From: Vicugna vicugna
Lineage: Eukaryota
Direction of reading: 5' to 3'
DNA length: 64,000 nt
NCBI GenBank assembly: GCA_013265495.1
Contig: MU061578.1
Coordinates: forward strand, 1,993,308-2,057,307
Part shown: piece by piece, positions 63,116 through 64,000 of the stretch
Layout of the letters: the number at the start of each line of letters is the position of its first letter
How positions within the stretch are numbered: the first letter of the stretch is position 1
Program-made: the position numbers and the translations under genes
Notes under the pieces: generated by a model
What the model was told of the DNA's origin: nothing
The model's database searches: none
The model's input: only the letters and a program-made list of their open reading frames with translations

Positions 63116-64000
63116 TAGAGCGTAAAGACAAGCATCTAAAAATTATACAAACTCTCTGTCTCTGTAGGCAGAGGGGCTGTTACTCCAAAACAAAAACAAT
63201 GAATGATGCACAAGCATGAGAACAGCGACAAAGCCCCGGCTCTGCGGATCATGGACCAGGCTCAGGCCACGCCCCAGAAGAGAGAGGCAACTTAGGGCTC
63301 GTGACTTACACCACGGGCAGGTCTTTCTCGGTACAGGTGACTTAGTTTTCATGGTTCTCATCAGAAAACACACATAAAGATATTTCATAATATTTCTCCA
63401 TAAGAAGAAAAGGAAGCCACCTGAAGTACACGAACACCTTCTGATATTACCCATAACTTCACACCTTTTTAAAATTTCACACCTTAATCAAAGGCAGATG
63501 CTATTTACTTGTGGAATGCCAATGTTTTGAAACTGCTATCTGTAATTAGCTCATTAGCTCACCTGTGGAATTGTCTGGATATAAAAAAAGATTTTTTATT
63601 TGAATCAGGCCTTCTAAGACAAGGACAACAACGCACCACAACTGAGGGAGACTCTTGAGCTCACCACGGTTTGTGACATAGGTGCCAGGAGAGACTCAAA
63701 GCAAGGACGTCCAGCCTTCTAGGGAAGTTCGTGGTCAAGCACTCAAAAGGCACTGCCTATCGTGGACCTTTAACTTGGTTTCTGAAAGCAACATGCAGAC
63801 CCAGGATTCTGGCTCCATGTCAGTATCTCTGCCAAGGCGTGAAGTATCACGCTTTGAAAGACTCAGCTTGCCCTAATTTAAGGCACAATTTTTGTTTTCA
63901 CTTTAAATACAAATATCCTTAGCCACTTTATCAGTCAACGTCTCCATGGGAAGCAGATGGCATACTCAAATTTGGATTATTTAAGGAGAGTTTACTTACA

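Noticed and set aside
63335..63370. Hammerhead-like CUGAUGA...GAAA on minus strand
   Set aside because: No stem II, and stems I and III cannot be formed

Overview
This is placental-mammal genomic DNA, not microbial. About half the window is decayed interspersed repeat: MIR, L2, L1M, MaLR/ERVL LTRs and hAT-Charlie MERs. The rest is unique, apparently non-coding sequence. I recognise no protein-coding gene, RNA gene, CRISPR array or intact mobile element. The listed ORFs are chance frames or repeat-derived, and the only recognisable protein homology is a disrupted LINE-1 ORF2 fragment (7353-8169). A cetartiodactyl-type L1 3' end, together with no recognisable Alu, B1/B2, CHR, Bov-A/BovB, PRE1, CanSINE or ERE, suggests a camelid-like artiodactyl (inference). 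L1 and LTR elements lie mostly on the + strand, which suggests a large intron of a gene transcribed on the - strand. I did not find a convincing new biological system. The best leads are: a tail-less internal L1 fragment that replaced part of an older L1; a twin-primed ancient L1; minus-strand microexon candidates of 6 and 18 nt; a CpG-dense hairpin cluster beside a candidate 99-nt exon; an AT-rich palindrome; and a three-copy tandem repeat carrying a microsatellite. Repeat subfamily names come from my memory of consensus sequences, and repeat boundaries are approximate (tens of bp).
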